A DNA stretch of 18,961 bases from Promethearchaeati archaeon (GCA_013166775.1 JABLTJ010000045.1:1-18961), one strand, 5' to 3'. Counted from the stretch's first letter, positions 1 to 9,795 are shown. A program made the numbers and translations. Notes: generated from the sequence alone by a model not told the origin.

Positions 1-64
1 GATAGATTTATACAAATTCTTCTCTAATTTGATCTTAAATTTGAGTTATATACTTCTCTTACAA

Positions 65-103
65 GAGTGATTGTTTTCTCTTTTAAGTAAAAACAATTCA
101 CTC
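65..103. repeat. Inverted repeat (gagtga-ttgtttt / aaaacaa-t-tcactc), possible terminator hairpin
   Basis: 13-bp stem with one bulge, 45 nt downstream of the stop of the minus-strand gene 148..813. Confidence 0.4.
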
Positions 104-147
104 ATATTATCCGTTGGTTTTTAGAGGGAAAAAGCAAAAAGTTTAGG

Positions 148-813
148 TCAAATTCTGTTTCTTCGTTTCCTTTTAAGATATGCTCGAACTAAGAACAAAA
201 GGGAAAAGACATACAAAGGTAATTCGAAATCTGCTACTTCGATGGTTTGTGTAGGAGAAACAACTCTGGTTTCATTATTATACTCAAAAAAATAGGAGAT
301 GGTTGTTTCTGTAACTTGAATAATCAGCTTTTCTGTCACTACAGGAACAGGACAAGTACTGCAATTTGTGTAATCAAACCACCATTCATACCTGCCTAGA
401 GGTAGACTCTTGTTTAGGTGATAATATATCTCAAAATAACATGGGTAAGTTTCATACCGAATGCCAGGACGAATTGTGTACTGCCCCATTACCCATTCAA
501 CAATAAAAAATTGATAAACCTCGAGAGTCTGATTTACTAAATTGGTTTTCAATCTAGGAAAAGGGAAAGGAGCACATACATAGTCTATTATTATGTCAGA
601 TTGTGTAGGATTCTCGATCTTATAATCGATAGCAAAACCAAAACGAGTAAAATTCCATTGTTCTTTAACACTCATTGATGGAGGAAAACTCGCATCCACC
701 ACACTAACAATAAGGTAATCCTCCGCAGCAGAAATTTTTACTGATGGGCATAAAGTGATTGATAAGATGAGGAGTGTAATCGCTTTCCATTTTAAGGGAT
801 GTGTCGTTTGCAT
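148..813 (-). CDS. Hypothetical exported, membrane-anchored protein
   Basis: N-terminal signal-like hydrophobic stretch, beta-rich middle, C-terminal TM plus KRKRRNRI tail. SD-like gagtga and TATA-like tttataat lie upstream on the minus strand. Confidence 0.8.
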   Translation of the reverse strand: MQTTHPLKWKAITLLILSITLCPSVKISAAEDYLIVSVVDASFPPSMSVKEQWNFTRFGFAIDYKIENPTQSDIIIDYVCAPFPFPRLKTNLVNQTLEVYQFFIVEWVMGQYTIRPGIRYETYPCYFEIYYHLNKSLPLGRYEWWFDYTNCSTCPVPVVTEKLIIQVTETTISYFFEYNNETRVVSPTQTIEVADFELPLYVFSLLFLVRAYLKRKRRNRI

Positions 814-1033
814 TTAAACATCACTCTTTTTGCTTATGCGATTATAAATTTTCTTCCGATTTATAGTCTCTAATAACTAATATTCTAATTACTATAAAAA
901 GTGAGAGGAAATTACTTCTTTTTAATATTTCAATACTCGAAAGATAGATACCACATTTATAAAGTAAATTTTAGATTATATAGATAGATCGTGTGCTTTT
1001 CTTGTCCTCTTCCCACTGAAGAAAAGAAAGAAG

Positions 1034-1437
1034 GTGGAAAAAGTGGGAAAAAAACCTATCTATCTATCTCTACAGAAAGAGCTTTCGTGGTATCTCTCTA
1101 CTCTCAAATATCTTCAAGAAGGTATTGAGATGGTTAAACAACAACGGGAGATTGTAGAAGTTCCTTTAGATCTTTCTATCAACCTCATTCCTCCCAAAAA
1201 AAAGAGGATTTGATGGTTGTTGCTCGTAGAGCTGAAGCTGAACTTAGGAAGGGAGAAAGAGATCCTATCGTTTATCTCTACACCAAGTTAGCTGTTGATC
1301 ATTTCAGAGAATTGAAGAGAGACATAGAAAGAAGTGAACCCAAGAATAGAGAATTGAAGAAGTTCATTTCATCTGTTAGAATAGATCTATTTCTTCTCAA
1401 AAGTCAAAGATTTTATCACTTGTTTTCTTACCTCTGA
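1034..1437 (+). pseudogene. Hypothetical gene split by a -1 frameshift at an A8 run (59-aa ORF 1034..1213 plus ORF 1210..1437, about 134 aa joined)
   Basis: GTG-started frame VEKVGKKPIYLSLQKELSW...LIPPKKKRI* stops at 1213. The -1 frame is open across A8 (1196-1203) and continues KKEDLMVVARRAEAELRKG... Confidence 0.45.
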
Positions 1438-1947
1438 ATCTTTATCTTTCAAACCTATTTTCTGTAATCCTTCCTTTGCTAAAGGATTTTCATATTCTCC
1501 CAATAAATAAGCTGAGTATAATCTTACTTGAGGATCTTTGTTTGCTCCTAGTGCTTCTATTAATGGTTTTATTGCTTCATCTCCTTTCTTTAGTATAGCT
1601 AAAACTGTTTTTTCAACTGTCCTCATTTCTTTTACTCCTAGCACTTTAATTAAAGATTGAATTTCTGAAACTGAGCTAACATTTGCATTAACTATTATTC
1701 CTCCTCTAAAATTGCTTGCTAAAGCTTCAATATTCCACAAAAAAGCATGATGTGCCCACCAACCCAAGAATAAGCATGTTACTATCTCAAACCATCCTAC
1801 TCGAATCCCTTTATGTTCTTCACATCTGAAATGATCTCTCCCATTCTTGAAACTATAAAAAATCAATCCAATTATATAATAAAACCTTAACTGATAAACA
1901 ATATCTGATGCACCACATTTCTCGCATTTAAAACTCTTCAAATTCAC
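1387..1947 (-). CDS. Membrane protein with N-terminal CxxC, a GWW...N..GG membrane segment and C-terminal HEAT (PBS-lyase-like) repeats
   Basis: CEKC, hydrophobic segments, LGWWAHHAFLWNIEALASNFRGG, and HEAT-like AIKPLIEAL..KDPQVRLYSAYLLGE and DKDSEVRKQVIKSL. Confidence 0.8.
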   Translation of the reverse strand: MNLKSFKCEKCGASDIVYQLRFYYIIGLIFYSFKNGRDHFRCEEHKGIRVGWFEIVTCLFLGWWAHHAFLWNIEALASNFRGGIIVNANVSSVSEIQSLIKVLGVKEMRTVEKTVLAILKKGDEAIKPLIEALGANKDPQVRLYSAYLLGEYENPLAKEGLQKIGLKDKDSEVRKQVIKSLTFEKK

Positions 1948-2292
1948 ACCTTTCCAATTGCATCATCAGTTCTCTTCAAATTTATCTTTTGTAAATATAA
2001 TCTCTTAAACTTTATTATCTTCTTTCTTACTTTCAGTTAAGCTATTCACTAAATTTCGACAAAATATGCTAGATTGTGCTAACAGTTGTACTCATTTTAC
2101 AACGCTTCAAAAAATAATAGATGCATTTATCTTGCGATTCAGTGATTTATATTAATTCAATCAAAATTACAAAATATAAGCGCTTTTGAGAGAAAAATAC
2201 AAAATACTTATAATTACTTCCCTTACTGTTCATGAATAAAAAATTTGTTTAAGTTTAAATGAACTTTTTAATAAATATATACGGTTATTATT

Positions 2293-4332
2293 ATGGAAAA
2301 GAAAAATAAAAAGAATAAACTATCTATTAGCTTAAGTATTTTTTTCATTATTTTTTTGCTTTGTTTTACTTCTTTTAGACCTCTGAGCGGACAAGCTCTA
2401 CTAGAAGCAAAACCTGATCAAAATAAAGCAGATTCTTATGACCAATCTACTTGGAAATGGAATTCTGCTATTTTATTATCTACTGAGAGTACTAGTAATG
2501 CTCGTGAACCTTCTCTAGTCATCGATTCTGCTGATAACATCCATGTTGTATGGGTAGATTATACTAATTGGGATTGTGGAATGGATTCTGATATTTTCTA
2601 CAGACGCTGGAGCTCTTCTTCTATATCTTGGTCCACACCAGAGTTGATTTCTCTTGAAAGTACTGGTCAATCACATAGTCCTTCTCTTGCTGTTGATTCT
2701 GCTGATAACATCCATGTTGTATGGGATGATTTAACTGATTATGCTGGTGCTGGAACAGATTCTGATATTTTCTACAAGCGCTGGAATTCTTCTACTTCTT
2801 CTTGGACCACTACAGAAGTCGTTTCCACTGAAAGTTCAAGCTCCTCTGTCAACCCTTCTCTTGCTGTTGATTCTGCTGATAACATCCATATCGCGTGGTA
2901 TGATTTAACTGATTATGCTGGTGCTGGGACAGATTATGATATTTTCTACAGACGCTGGAATTCTTCTACTTCTGTTTGGACTACTACAGAAGTCGTTTCC
3001 ACTGAAAGTTCAAGCTCCTCTGTCAACCCTTCTCTTGCTGTTGATTCTGCTGATAACATCCATATCGTATGGGAAGATTTAACTGATTATGCTGGTGCTG
3101 GAACAGATTATGATATTTTCTACAAATGCTGGAATTCTTCTTCCTCCTCCTGGAGCATTATAGAAGTTGTTTCCACTGAGAGTACTTCCGCTTCTCTGGT
3201 TCCTTCTCTTGCTCTTGATTTTGCTGATAACATCCATATTGCATGGGAAGATGTAACTGATTATGCTGGTGCTGGAATAGATTATGATATTTTCTACAAA
3301 CGCTGGAATTCTTCTATTTCTGCTTGGACTACTACAGAAGTTGTTTCTACTGAGAGTACAGATGATTCTCAAGATTCTTCTCTTTCTGTTGATTCTGCTG
3401 ATAACATCCATATCGTTTGGGAAGATGTAACTGATTATGCTGGTGCTGGAACAGATCATGATATTTTTTACAAATGTTGTGATTCTTCTCTCTCTTCTTG
3501 GACAAATACAGAAGTCATTTCTAAAGAAAGTACAGAGTACGCTGGTCGCTCTTCACTTGCTGTAGATTCTACAGGTGTCGTCTATATCTTTTGGGATGAT
3601 TTAACTGATTATGCTGGTGCTGGATCAGAACTTGATATTTTCTATAATTTTCTAGCAGGTCCTCCTGCTCCCCCTGAACTAGCTTTCATAGTTCCCAATC
3701 CTACTGAATTTAATGTTGTAAATCTAGATTGGTATAATGTACTTTGGGCAACCTCATACCATGTTTATCGTTCCACATCTTATATCTGGTCCATTAGTGA
3801 ACTCCTACCTATTATCACTGTTTCTTCCAGTATCTATACTGATACTCTACCTTCTGAAGGTTTTTACTACTATGTTGTTGTCGCTGAAAACATGGCAGGG
3901 AAAAGCTCGCACTCTAATTGTCAATATATCGAAGTGAAATTTCTTGACCTTAAAGCTCCTGAACTTGCACCTATTTTACCTAATCCTGCAGAGATAAATA
4001 GTATAAATTTGGAATGGGAAGACATTGATAGTGCAACAGAATATTATATCTATAGATCAGATACATACATTTGGTCAGTGGAAAGTTTAACTCCAATAGC
4101 AACTGTTGGTACTAATTACTATATTGATACTCTCACCTCCGAAGGTTTCTACTTTTATGTAATTGTAGCAAGCGATGGAGCAAGAACTAGTACTCATTCC
4201 AATTGTGAATATATCCAGTATAAACTTCCTTCCTTACAAGAATTTACAATTGTCTCTAGTTTGATTGCTAGTACCTTTGTTGTCTTATTTGTAGTTATGA
4301 GAACACGAAAAAAATATTCTAAATCGAACTAG
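2293..4332 (+). CDS. Cell-surface protein: signal peptide, seven ~58-aa repeats (likely 7-bladed BNR/sialidase-like beta-propeller), two FN3-like domains, C-terminal TM anchor
   Basis: Seven copies of SLAVDSADNIHIVWED.TDYAGAGTD.DIFY, two APELA.I.PNP...L.W...YY.YRS...EGFYYYVVVA modules, TM plus RTRKK. Confidence 0.9.
   Translation: MEKKNKKNKLSISLSIFFIIFLLCFTSFRPLSGQALLEAKPDQNKADSYDQSTWKWNSAILLSTESTSNAREPSLVIDSADNIHVVWVDYTNWDCGMDSDIFYRRWSSSSISWSTPELISLESTGQSHSPSLAVDSADNIHVVWDDLTDYAGAGTDSDIFYKRWNSSTSSWTTTEVVSTESSSSSVNPSLAVDSADNIHIAWYDLTDYAGAGTDYDIFYRRWNSSTSVWTTTEVVSTESSSSSVNPSLAVDSADNIHIVWEDLTDYAGAGTDYDIFYKCWNSSSSSWSIIEVVSTESTSASLVPSLALDFADNIHIAWEDVTDYAGAGIDYDIFYKRWNSSISAWTTTEVVSTESTDDSQDSSLSVDSADNIHIVWEDVTDYAGAGTDHDIFYKCCDSSLSSWTNTEVISKESTEYAGRSSLAVDSTGVVYIFWDDLTDYAGAGSELDIFYNFLAGPPAPPELAFIVPNPTEFNVVNLDWYNVLWATSYHVYRSTSYIWSISELLPIITVSSSIYTDTLPSEGFYYYVVVAENMAGKSSHSNCQYIEVKFLDLKAPELAPILPNPAEINSINLEWEDIDSATEYYIYRSDTYIWSVESLTPIATVGTNYYIDTLTSEGFYFYVIVASDGARTSTHSNCEYIQYKLPSLQEFTIVSSLIASTFVVLFVVMRTRKKYSKSN
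2480..3650 (+). repeat. Intragenic tandem repeat, 174-nt period, 7 copies
   Basis: gtttccactgaaagttcaagctcc recurs at 2821 and 2995. gctgataacatccat and actgattatgctggtgctgg recur with the same period. Confidence 0.9.
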
Positions 4333-4396
4333 TTCTTGCTAGTTCTCATTTTTTTATTTTATAAAGCTCAAGTATTCATTTCAGTGATATAGAAAT

Positions 4397-6880
4397 TCAT
4401 ATTGCCCCTGTTTGTCTTAGTTCATTTGCAAGTTTCATTTTCTTTATCTTTCTAAGTAATCTCGATGTTGCTAGCCATAAAGCTAGTAATGATAGGATTA
4501 AGACTGATGGCCATGCAAACCATGGAATTGATGTGGGCATGTAGAACTTATCCTCTAGCATATAATCTAATGTCCACCAGTAGGTTAAATAGCCAATTGG
4601 TATCGTTAAAATTAAACTAAAGAAGCTAAGAATTGCATTTTCCCAAAAAACTATCCTCCGTATATGTTTATTTTTAGTTCCCATTGCTTTCAGGGATAAG
4701 AAATCTTGCTGTCTATCCATAAATGCTACATACATTGATTGGAAGCTGAATAATATACTAATGAGAAGTCCAACACCAAGTAAGACAATCATCATTCCTA
4801 ACATTGCTTCCATGAATGCTAAAGTTGCTTCTTTAGCTGTTTCAGATTCAATCCAGAAAGCAATTTCAAACTGTTTCTCAAATTCATCTCTGATTTTATT
4901 TAGATTTGCATTTTCATTCACATCAAAAATGATTCCATTTACCCAGTTATTTAATAATCCAAAATACAGACTAACTCCACTCTCTTGAAATGCTTCGTAA
5001 GTCCAGAGAACTGAATAATCTATCAATTCTCCCACTAAACCTACTATCTCAACTGAATAATTTCCTAAAATTCCTACTTCTATTTCATCATGTAAACCTA
5101 GATCATACTTTCCAGCAATTGCGTTTCCAAGAAGAATAGTGCTATTACTCAAATCTGATTTCTGTGTTATACTCCCTTCGATAATATTGAAAGAACGTAA
5201 AGAAGAATTCTCTTGATAACAGACTAGTTCTGTCCAACTAAGTAATTCCCCGTTATGAATAATTTTCGTATAAACATCAATGAAAATTTCATGTTGGTCG
5301 ATATCTTTTAGAGCTTCAATACTATCATTTTTCATAAATTGATTAATGTAATCTATGTGAACAGGATTCTCTAAAATTATTTGAACATCATATGTATTGT
5401 ATTCATCAAAATTGACAATCATTATATCGAAAATATTGTAAACCATCGCAAGAGAGTTGACTAAAAATATCATTGAAGTGATTAGTGCGAGTATAGTTAT
5501 CAGACTTTTTTTCTTTTTAAGAAATACTTCTCTAAGTGGGACAATCATATGAATAGGTTTAAACATTGGAATCCATCCAAAAATCTTTTCAGCAAATGTT
5601 TTGCTTACTTTCTTTATTCTTGTGAAAGAAGCTGCCATTGCTTCACGAGGGGTTGCTTTAGTTATCGTCCAAGCACTAAGGATTGAGCAAGTTATACACG
5701 TACATAAAGTAATAACTCCTGCATATACAAATTCCATTGCTGGGATTGAAAGATCAATTTGATGAAAACCGTAGAGTTTCCCTACTACCATCTGAGACAT
5801 GCCAATTGCTAAACCAAAGGCAAGTGGAATACCAATTATGATTCCTGATATTGTAAGAATTAGAGTGAAACCAGCAAAGTGAAACAAAATCTTTCTTTTT
5901 GATGATCCCATAGCTAAAAATATACCAATGTTTTTACGTTGAGCATAAACCATTTTATTAAGTGTGTTGAAGATGATTACTATACAGATAATAAGACCAA
6001 TAATTCCAAAAATAGTTCCCATTTTATCAACTGCTCCAGCGTCTCCTATGAACATGTTGTATTCATCAGTCTCATCGAAAACAACAAATTTCATCGCATT
6101 AGCTGGAATATTATGATTTCCAAAAAAGTAGGATAATGCATCTGCTGCAGTTAGGATTTGATCTTTGTTTAACCTATCTTCTACTGTAAACAATACTTGA
6201 TTAATTAGTGGATTTCCTTCATATCTTAATTGTTGTGCTATTTGTATATTCATCCAAATAACAGCAAGATTACCAAGTAATGGCATATTCGAAGCTTCAT
6301 CTACCATATAAGAATAATAAGAATCTTGAGCGATTCCTTTAACAGTGAAATTCATCTCACTATCAGGGAATCTCACTTCGATTTGATCATCAAGTTCAAC
6401 TCCTTGTCCAAATAATCCTCCTGCAAAATGAGTTTCAACTAAACAACTAGAATTGGATTGAAGGATGTGCTTCTCATTATCAATATCTGTTGCACTTTTC
6501 TCAATAACAAGTTGATTTACTTCATTTGGATAGTCTATACCAAAAATTACTGCTTGAAACTTTTCACCTTTAAAAGTGATTTCTGTTAAATAATGGATTC
6601 GTCCCTCTATATTTGCTATATTGTTTTGATCCATAAATTCAATATTATTTTTAATTGCTGTAACATTGTTTAATTCCATTGGTTCAGAGAAAGTGAATGT
6701 TCCATCTGCTACATCATAATATCTCTGATTTAACTCATATGTGTTAAAAAGAACTGGATGACTTGCCCTTAGACCTGCTAATAGCATAACAGTTAGTGCT
6801 ATGATAATGATGATAGAAAGCGATCTAAATTTGTTCTCTTTCATTTCTCTAAAAATCTTTTTAGTTAAGATTTTCATCAT
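4397..6880 (-). CDS. ABC transporter permease, FtsX/MacB-like (duplicated extracytoplasmic and FtsX domains)
   Basis: Two FtsX-like motifs (QRKNIGIFLAMGSSKRKI, RQQDFLSLKAMGTKNKHI), multiple TMs, starts 1 nt after the ATPase stop. Confidence 0.92.
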   Translation of the reverse strand: MMKILTKKIFREMKENKFRSLSIIIIIALTVMLLAGLRASHPVLFNTYELNQRYYDVADGTFTFSEPMELNNVTAIKNNIEFMDQNNIANIEGRIHYLTEITFKGEKFQAVIFGIDYPNEVNQLVIEKSATDIDNEKHILQSNSSCLVETHFAGGLFGQGVELDDQIEVRFPDSEMNFTVKGIAQDSYYSYMVDEASNMPLLGNLAVIWMNIQIAQQLRYEGNPLINQVLFTVEDRLNKDQILTAADALSYFFGNHNIPANAMKFVVFDETDEYNMFIGDAGAVDKMGTIFGIIGLIICIVIIFNTLNKMVYAQRKNIGIFLAMGSSKRKILFHFAGFTLILTISGIIIGIPLAFGLAIGMSQMVVGKLYGFHQIDLSIPAMEFVYAGVITLCTCITCSILSAWTITKATPREAMAASFTRIKKVSKTFAEKIFGWIPMFKPIHMIVPLREVFLKKKKSLITILALITSMIFLVNSLAMVYNIFDIMIVNFDEYNTYDVQIILENPVHIDYINQFMKNDSIEALKDIDQHEIFIDVYTKIIHNGELLSWTELVCYQENSSLRSFNIIEGSITQKSDLSNSTILLGNAIAGKYDLGLHDEIEVGILGNYSVEIVGLVGELIDYSVLWTYEAFQESGVSLYFGLLNNWVNGIIFDVNENANLNKIRDEFEKQFEIAFWIESETAKEATLAFMEAMLGMMIVLLGVGLLISILFSFQSMYVAFMDRQQDFLSLKAMGTKNKHIRRIVFWENAILSFFSLILTIPIGYLTYWWTLDYMLEDKFYMPTSIPWFAWPSVLILSLLALWLATSRLLRKIKKMKLANELRQTGAI

Positions 6881-6881
6881 A

Positions 6882-7610
6882 TCACTCTCTAAACTTCTTA
6901 TAACTAATGGATTCTATTTGACTCTCTATTTTCTCTATTTTACCCATCCTCAGATGAAAGACTCTATCTGCAAATTGTGTGATGCTAATATCATGTGAAA
7001 CTACAATAAGAGTTGTTCCTTCTTGTTTATTTAGATCCTTAATTAGTTCTGCAATTTTTTGTCCGGTAATAAAATCAAGATTGCCTGTTGGCTCATCAGC
7101 TACGATGATTTTTGGTTTCTTTACTAATGCTCTGGCTATTGCAACTCTTTGTTGCTCTCCTCCTGATAATTGACTTGGAAACCTGAGTTCTTTCCCCTCT
7201 AAACCTACTTTTTTTAGCATATCATATGATCTCAACTTTATCTGATTTTTGTCTTTAATCCCTTGAAATTCAAGAGCTAATCCAACGTTTTCCCAAGCAC
7301 GTAAACTAGCAACTATATTGAAGAACTGAAAAACCCAACCAACACTATTTCTTCTGAAATCATTCAACTCATTTTTGTTATACTTACTGATGTTGTCACC
7401 ATCAACAATAACAAAACCCTTTGTTGGATAATCTATCCCTCCTATCATGTTCAGTAAAGTTGTTTTTCCTGCTCCTGAAGGGCCTAAAACACAAGCAAAT
7501 TCCCCTTTGCAAATATCTACATCTACACCATTTAAAGCTAAAACTTCAGTTTCACCAAATTCAAATGATCGTACTAGATTCTTAGTTTGAACAATAATTT
7601 CATCTTTCAT
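6882..7610 (-). CDS. ABC transporter ATP-binding protein, LolD/MacB family
   Basis: Walker A GPSGAGKT, signature LSGGEQQRVAIARAL, Walker B IVADEPTGNLD, H-loop VSHD. Confidence 0.96.
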   Translation of the reverse strand: MKDEIIVQTKNLVRSFEFGETEVLALNGVDVDICKGEFACVLGPSGAGKTTLLNMIGGIDYPTKGFVIVDGDNISKYNKNELNDFRRNSVGWVFQFFNIVASLRAWENVGLALEFQGIKDKNQIKLRSYDMLKKVGLEGKELRFPSQLSGGEQQRVAIARALVKKPKIIVADEPTGNLDFITGQKIAELIKDLNKQEGTTLIVVSHDISITQFADRVFHLRMGKIEKIESQIESISYKKFRE

Positions 7611-7676
7611 TCAATCACTATTGATTAGACTTATCTTATCAGATAAATAAGTCATTCTTTTTCCATAAGTGATTGA
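7611..7676 (-). promoter_or_regulatory. Nested inverted repeats with a 4-codon uORF in the ABC operon leader
   Basis: tcaatcact 7611-7619 / agtgattga 7668-7676, gacttat 7628-7634 / ataagtc 7647-7653, and minus-strand ATG GAA AAA GAA TGA at 7666-7652. Confidence 0.45.
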
Positions 7677-7789
7677 TTATTAGTATAAGCAATTTAATCT
7701 ATGTATTTGCAAAAATATATTCTTACAATTTAGATTTTATAAGAAATATTGCTGAAAGAAATTTTATTGATATTTCCTTTTTTAAAATA

Positions 7790-8266
7790 TCATTTTTGTT
7801 TTTTAAGCCATTCATCGATTAATTCAATTTTATCCTTTCTTCCTATTTTTGAATACCCCATTAGTTGAGATTCTAACTTCATTAGTGGAATTTTCATCTC
7901 TTCATATTCAATAATGTTTATTACATCCTCTAGTTTTCTTCCTACCTCCCATACATTTCTTTCATCTTTAAACTCTATATGACCGATAATTTCTACTTCA
8001 ATTCCGTGAATATTTAGAATACCATAATGCGATCGAATATTATCTTTTGATGATAATGAAACATTCTTTACTAAATATTCTGCAAATAGTTTCTCAACCT
8101 CATATGCACCTTCTTCATCAGTAAATAGGTCAATGTCTTTTGGTTCTACATCCAATCCTTGTAATTTTAAAGCGAGACTTCCTCCTATGACCCAAACAAT
8201 ATCTGTTTCGATAAGTTTTGAATAAAGTGTTTTTAATACTTCAATATAATTCGAATCTAAACACAT
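7790..8266 (-). CDS. Pol-beta superfamily nucleotidyltransferase (minimal, lincosamide/aminoglycoside NTase-like fold)
   Basis: WVIGGSLAL...PKDIDL gives the hG[GS] and DxD catalytic motifs, with a third acidic residue in IEVEII. Confidence 0.85.
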   Translation of the reverse strand: MCLDSNYIEVLKTLYSKLIETDIVWVIGGSLALKLQGLDVEPKDIDLFTDEEGAYEVEKLFAEYLVKNVSLSSKDNIRSHYGILNIHGIEVEIIGHIEFKDERNVWEVGRKLEDVINIIEYEEMKIPLMKLESQLMGYSKIGRKDKIELIDEWLKKQK

Positions 8267-8446
8267 TTTTCTCTACTTGTGTAATGAAGTATGTTAATAT
8301 AAAACTAATTGAAAGTAGGTAACCATCCGATTAAAAAACCATCTTTTATTCAGATTATCTTCAATGTAATGCTATCAGACAGATATATTAATCACAGCAT
8401 AGCATTTCTTAACTATACATTTTTAATGAAACGAATGTGATATGCT

Positions 8447-9795
8447 ATGAAAATTAAAAAAATTATTTCAACAAATATTGTTTTCTTACTGTTTATCAGT
8501 ACATTTGTGGTTTTTCTAACTCAATCTTCACAACCCTCAATTGCTGATTTTTCATCAAATAATTCTGCTGCTGATTCAAAATTAGCAGCATATGTTGATC
8601 GTGGTCATATTTATATTGAAAACGACACTGCTTTAGCATTTTTCAGTAATTCTGGTTCAGGGGCAGCTGGTGATCCTTATGTTATTGATAATTATAATAT
8701 TACAAGCAGTAATTCTAATGGTATCACTATTACGGGTATTAGCCAGTACGTCAGTATAAGAGATAATTTAATCCAAGTATCTGATAGTGGAATATTTCTT
8801 GATGGTGTTACTTCTGGGTTAGTCTCAATTGTTAATAATACTGCTGTACTTTGTGATATTGGGATTGAGCTTTCAGATTCTCCTAATATGCTAGTATCTG
8901 ATAATAATTGTTCTTCTAGTTCTAGTATAGGAATTTATCTGGATTACTCCCCTCACTGTGAAGTTTTCGATAATACTTGTGATGGTAATTGGCTCGGGAT
9001 GAGAGTTTATCTTTCAAATAATTGTACAGTAAAAGGAAACACAGTTTCAAATGGTGAATTTGGAATGGAATTTGAAACATCTGAATCTGCATGGATCGAA
9101 GACAACTTTTGTGCAAACAATGTTCAAGCAGCGATTACCTTCGACAATGGATGTCACTACTCTACTTTAACTTTGAATTATTTTTCTAACAATTTTCAAG
9201 GAATGTATCTTGATAGTTCTGAAGAACTTACAATCACTAGGAATACTTGTTCAGTAAATGGTGGAGAAGGATTATTTCTCTTGAATACTGTTTTTTGTTT
9301 GTTAGTCATAATAACTTCATATATGCTGATACAGGATTAATTCTATTTGAAGTTGATAATACAACTTTAACCCACAATCATGTTATTAACAACAATTTTG
9401 GTGTCTATTTTCAACGTTCAGAATCCAATGATTACCATAATAATTCTATGCAAACCAATGGTGATTATGGTTTAGCACTCGATGGTGATTCCCATTATAA
9501 TACAATTCATCATAATGCCTTTCTTGATAATGGTGGTGCAGCTTCTCAAGCAAAAGATGATGGAAACGAAAATATCTGGTATGAAGTTCAAACCTCTGAA
9601 GGAAATTATTGGAACGATTGGGGTGGAACCGGAATATACGAAATTGATGGTTTAGGTGGAAATGATGATCTCTATCCTCTCAATATAATACCTGTTATCT
9701 CAGAAATTATCAAAGGAAATACAACACTTCAGTTATTGTTAGTTATTCCCTCACTATCAGTTATCTTCGTTCTCTTTCAAAGGAAAAAGAAGTAG
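8447..9795 (+). pseudogene. NosD/pectin-lyase-like right-handed beta-helix surface protein, split by a -1 frameshift at about 9291-9300
   Basis: Signal peptide, GSG..GDPYVI motif and PbH1 repeats in 8447..9340. Repeats resume in the -1 frame (VSHNNF...GNYWNDW...DLYPL, TM, RKKK). The junction is a T6 run. Confidence 0.85.

Noticed and set aside
2480-3650. CRISPR array or DGR template/variable repeat
   Set aside because: The repeats are in-frame 174-nt coding units, the differences are not adenine-specific, and there is no RT or cas gene in the window
3079-7173. Short antisense or alternate-frame ORFs (3079..3459, 3737..3937, 4761..4988, 5939..6136, 6801..6998, 6979..7173)
   Set aside because: Shadows of well-supported genes, with no motifs or independent start signals
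8368-8406. 8-bp inverted repeat aatgctat/atagcatt around a TATA-like element
   Set aside because: Short, AT-rich and widely spaced, so plausible by chance
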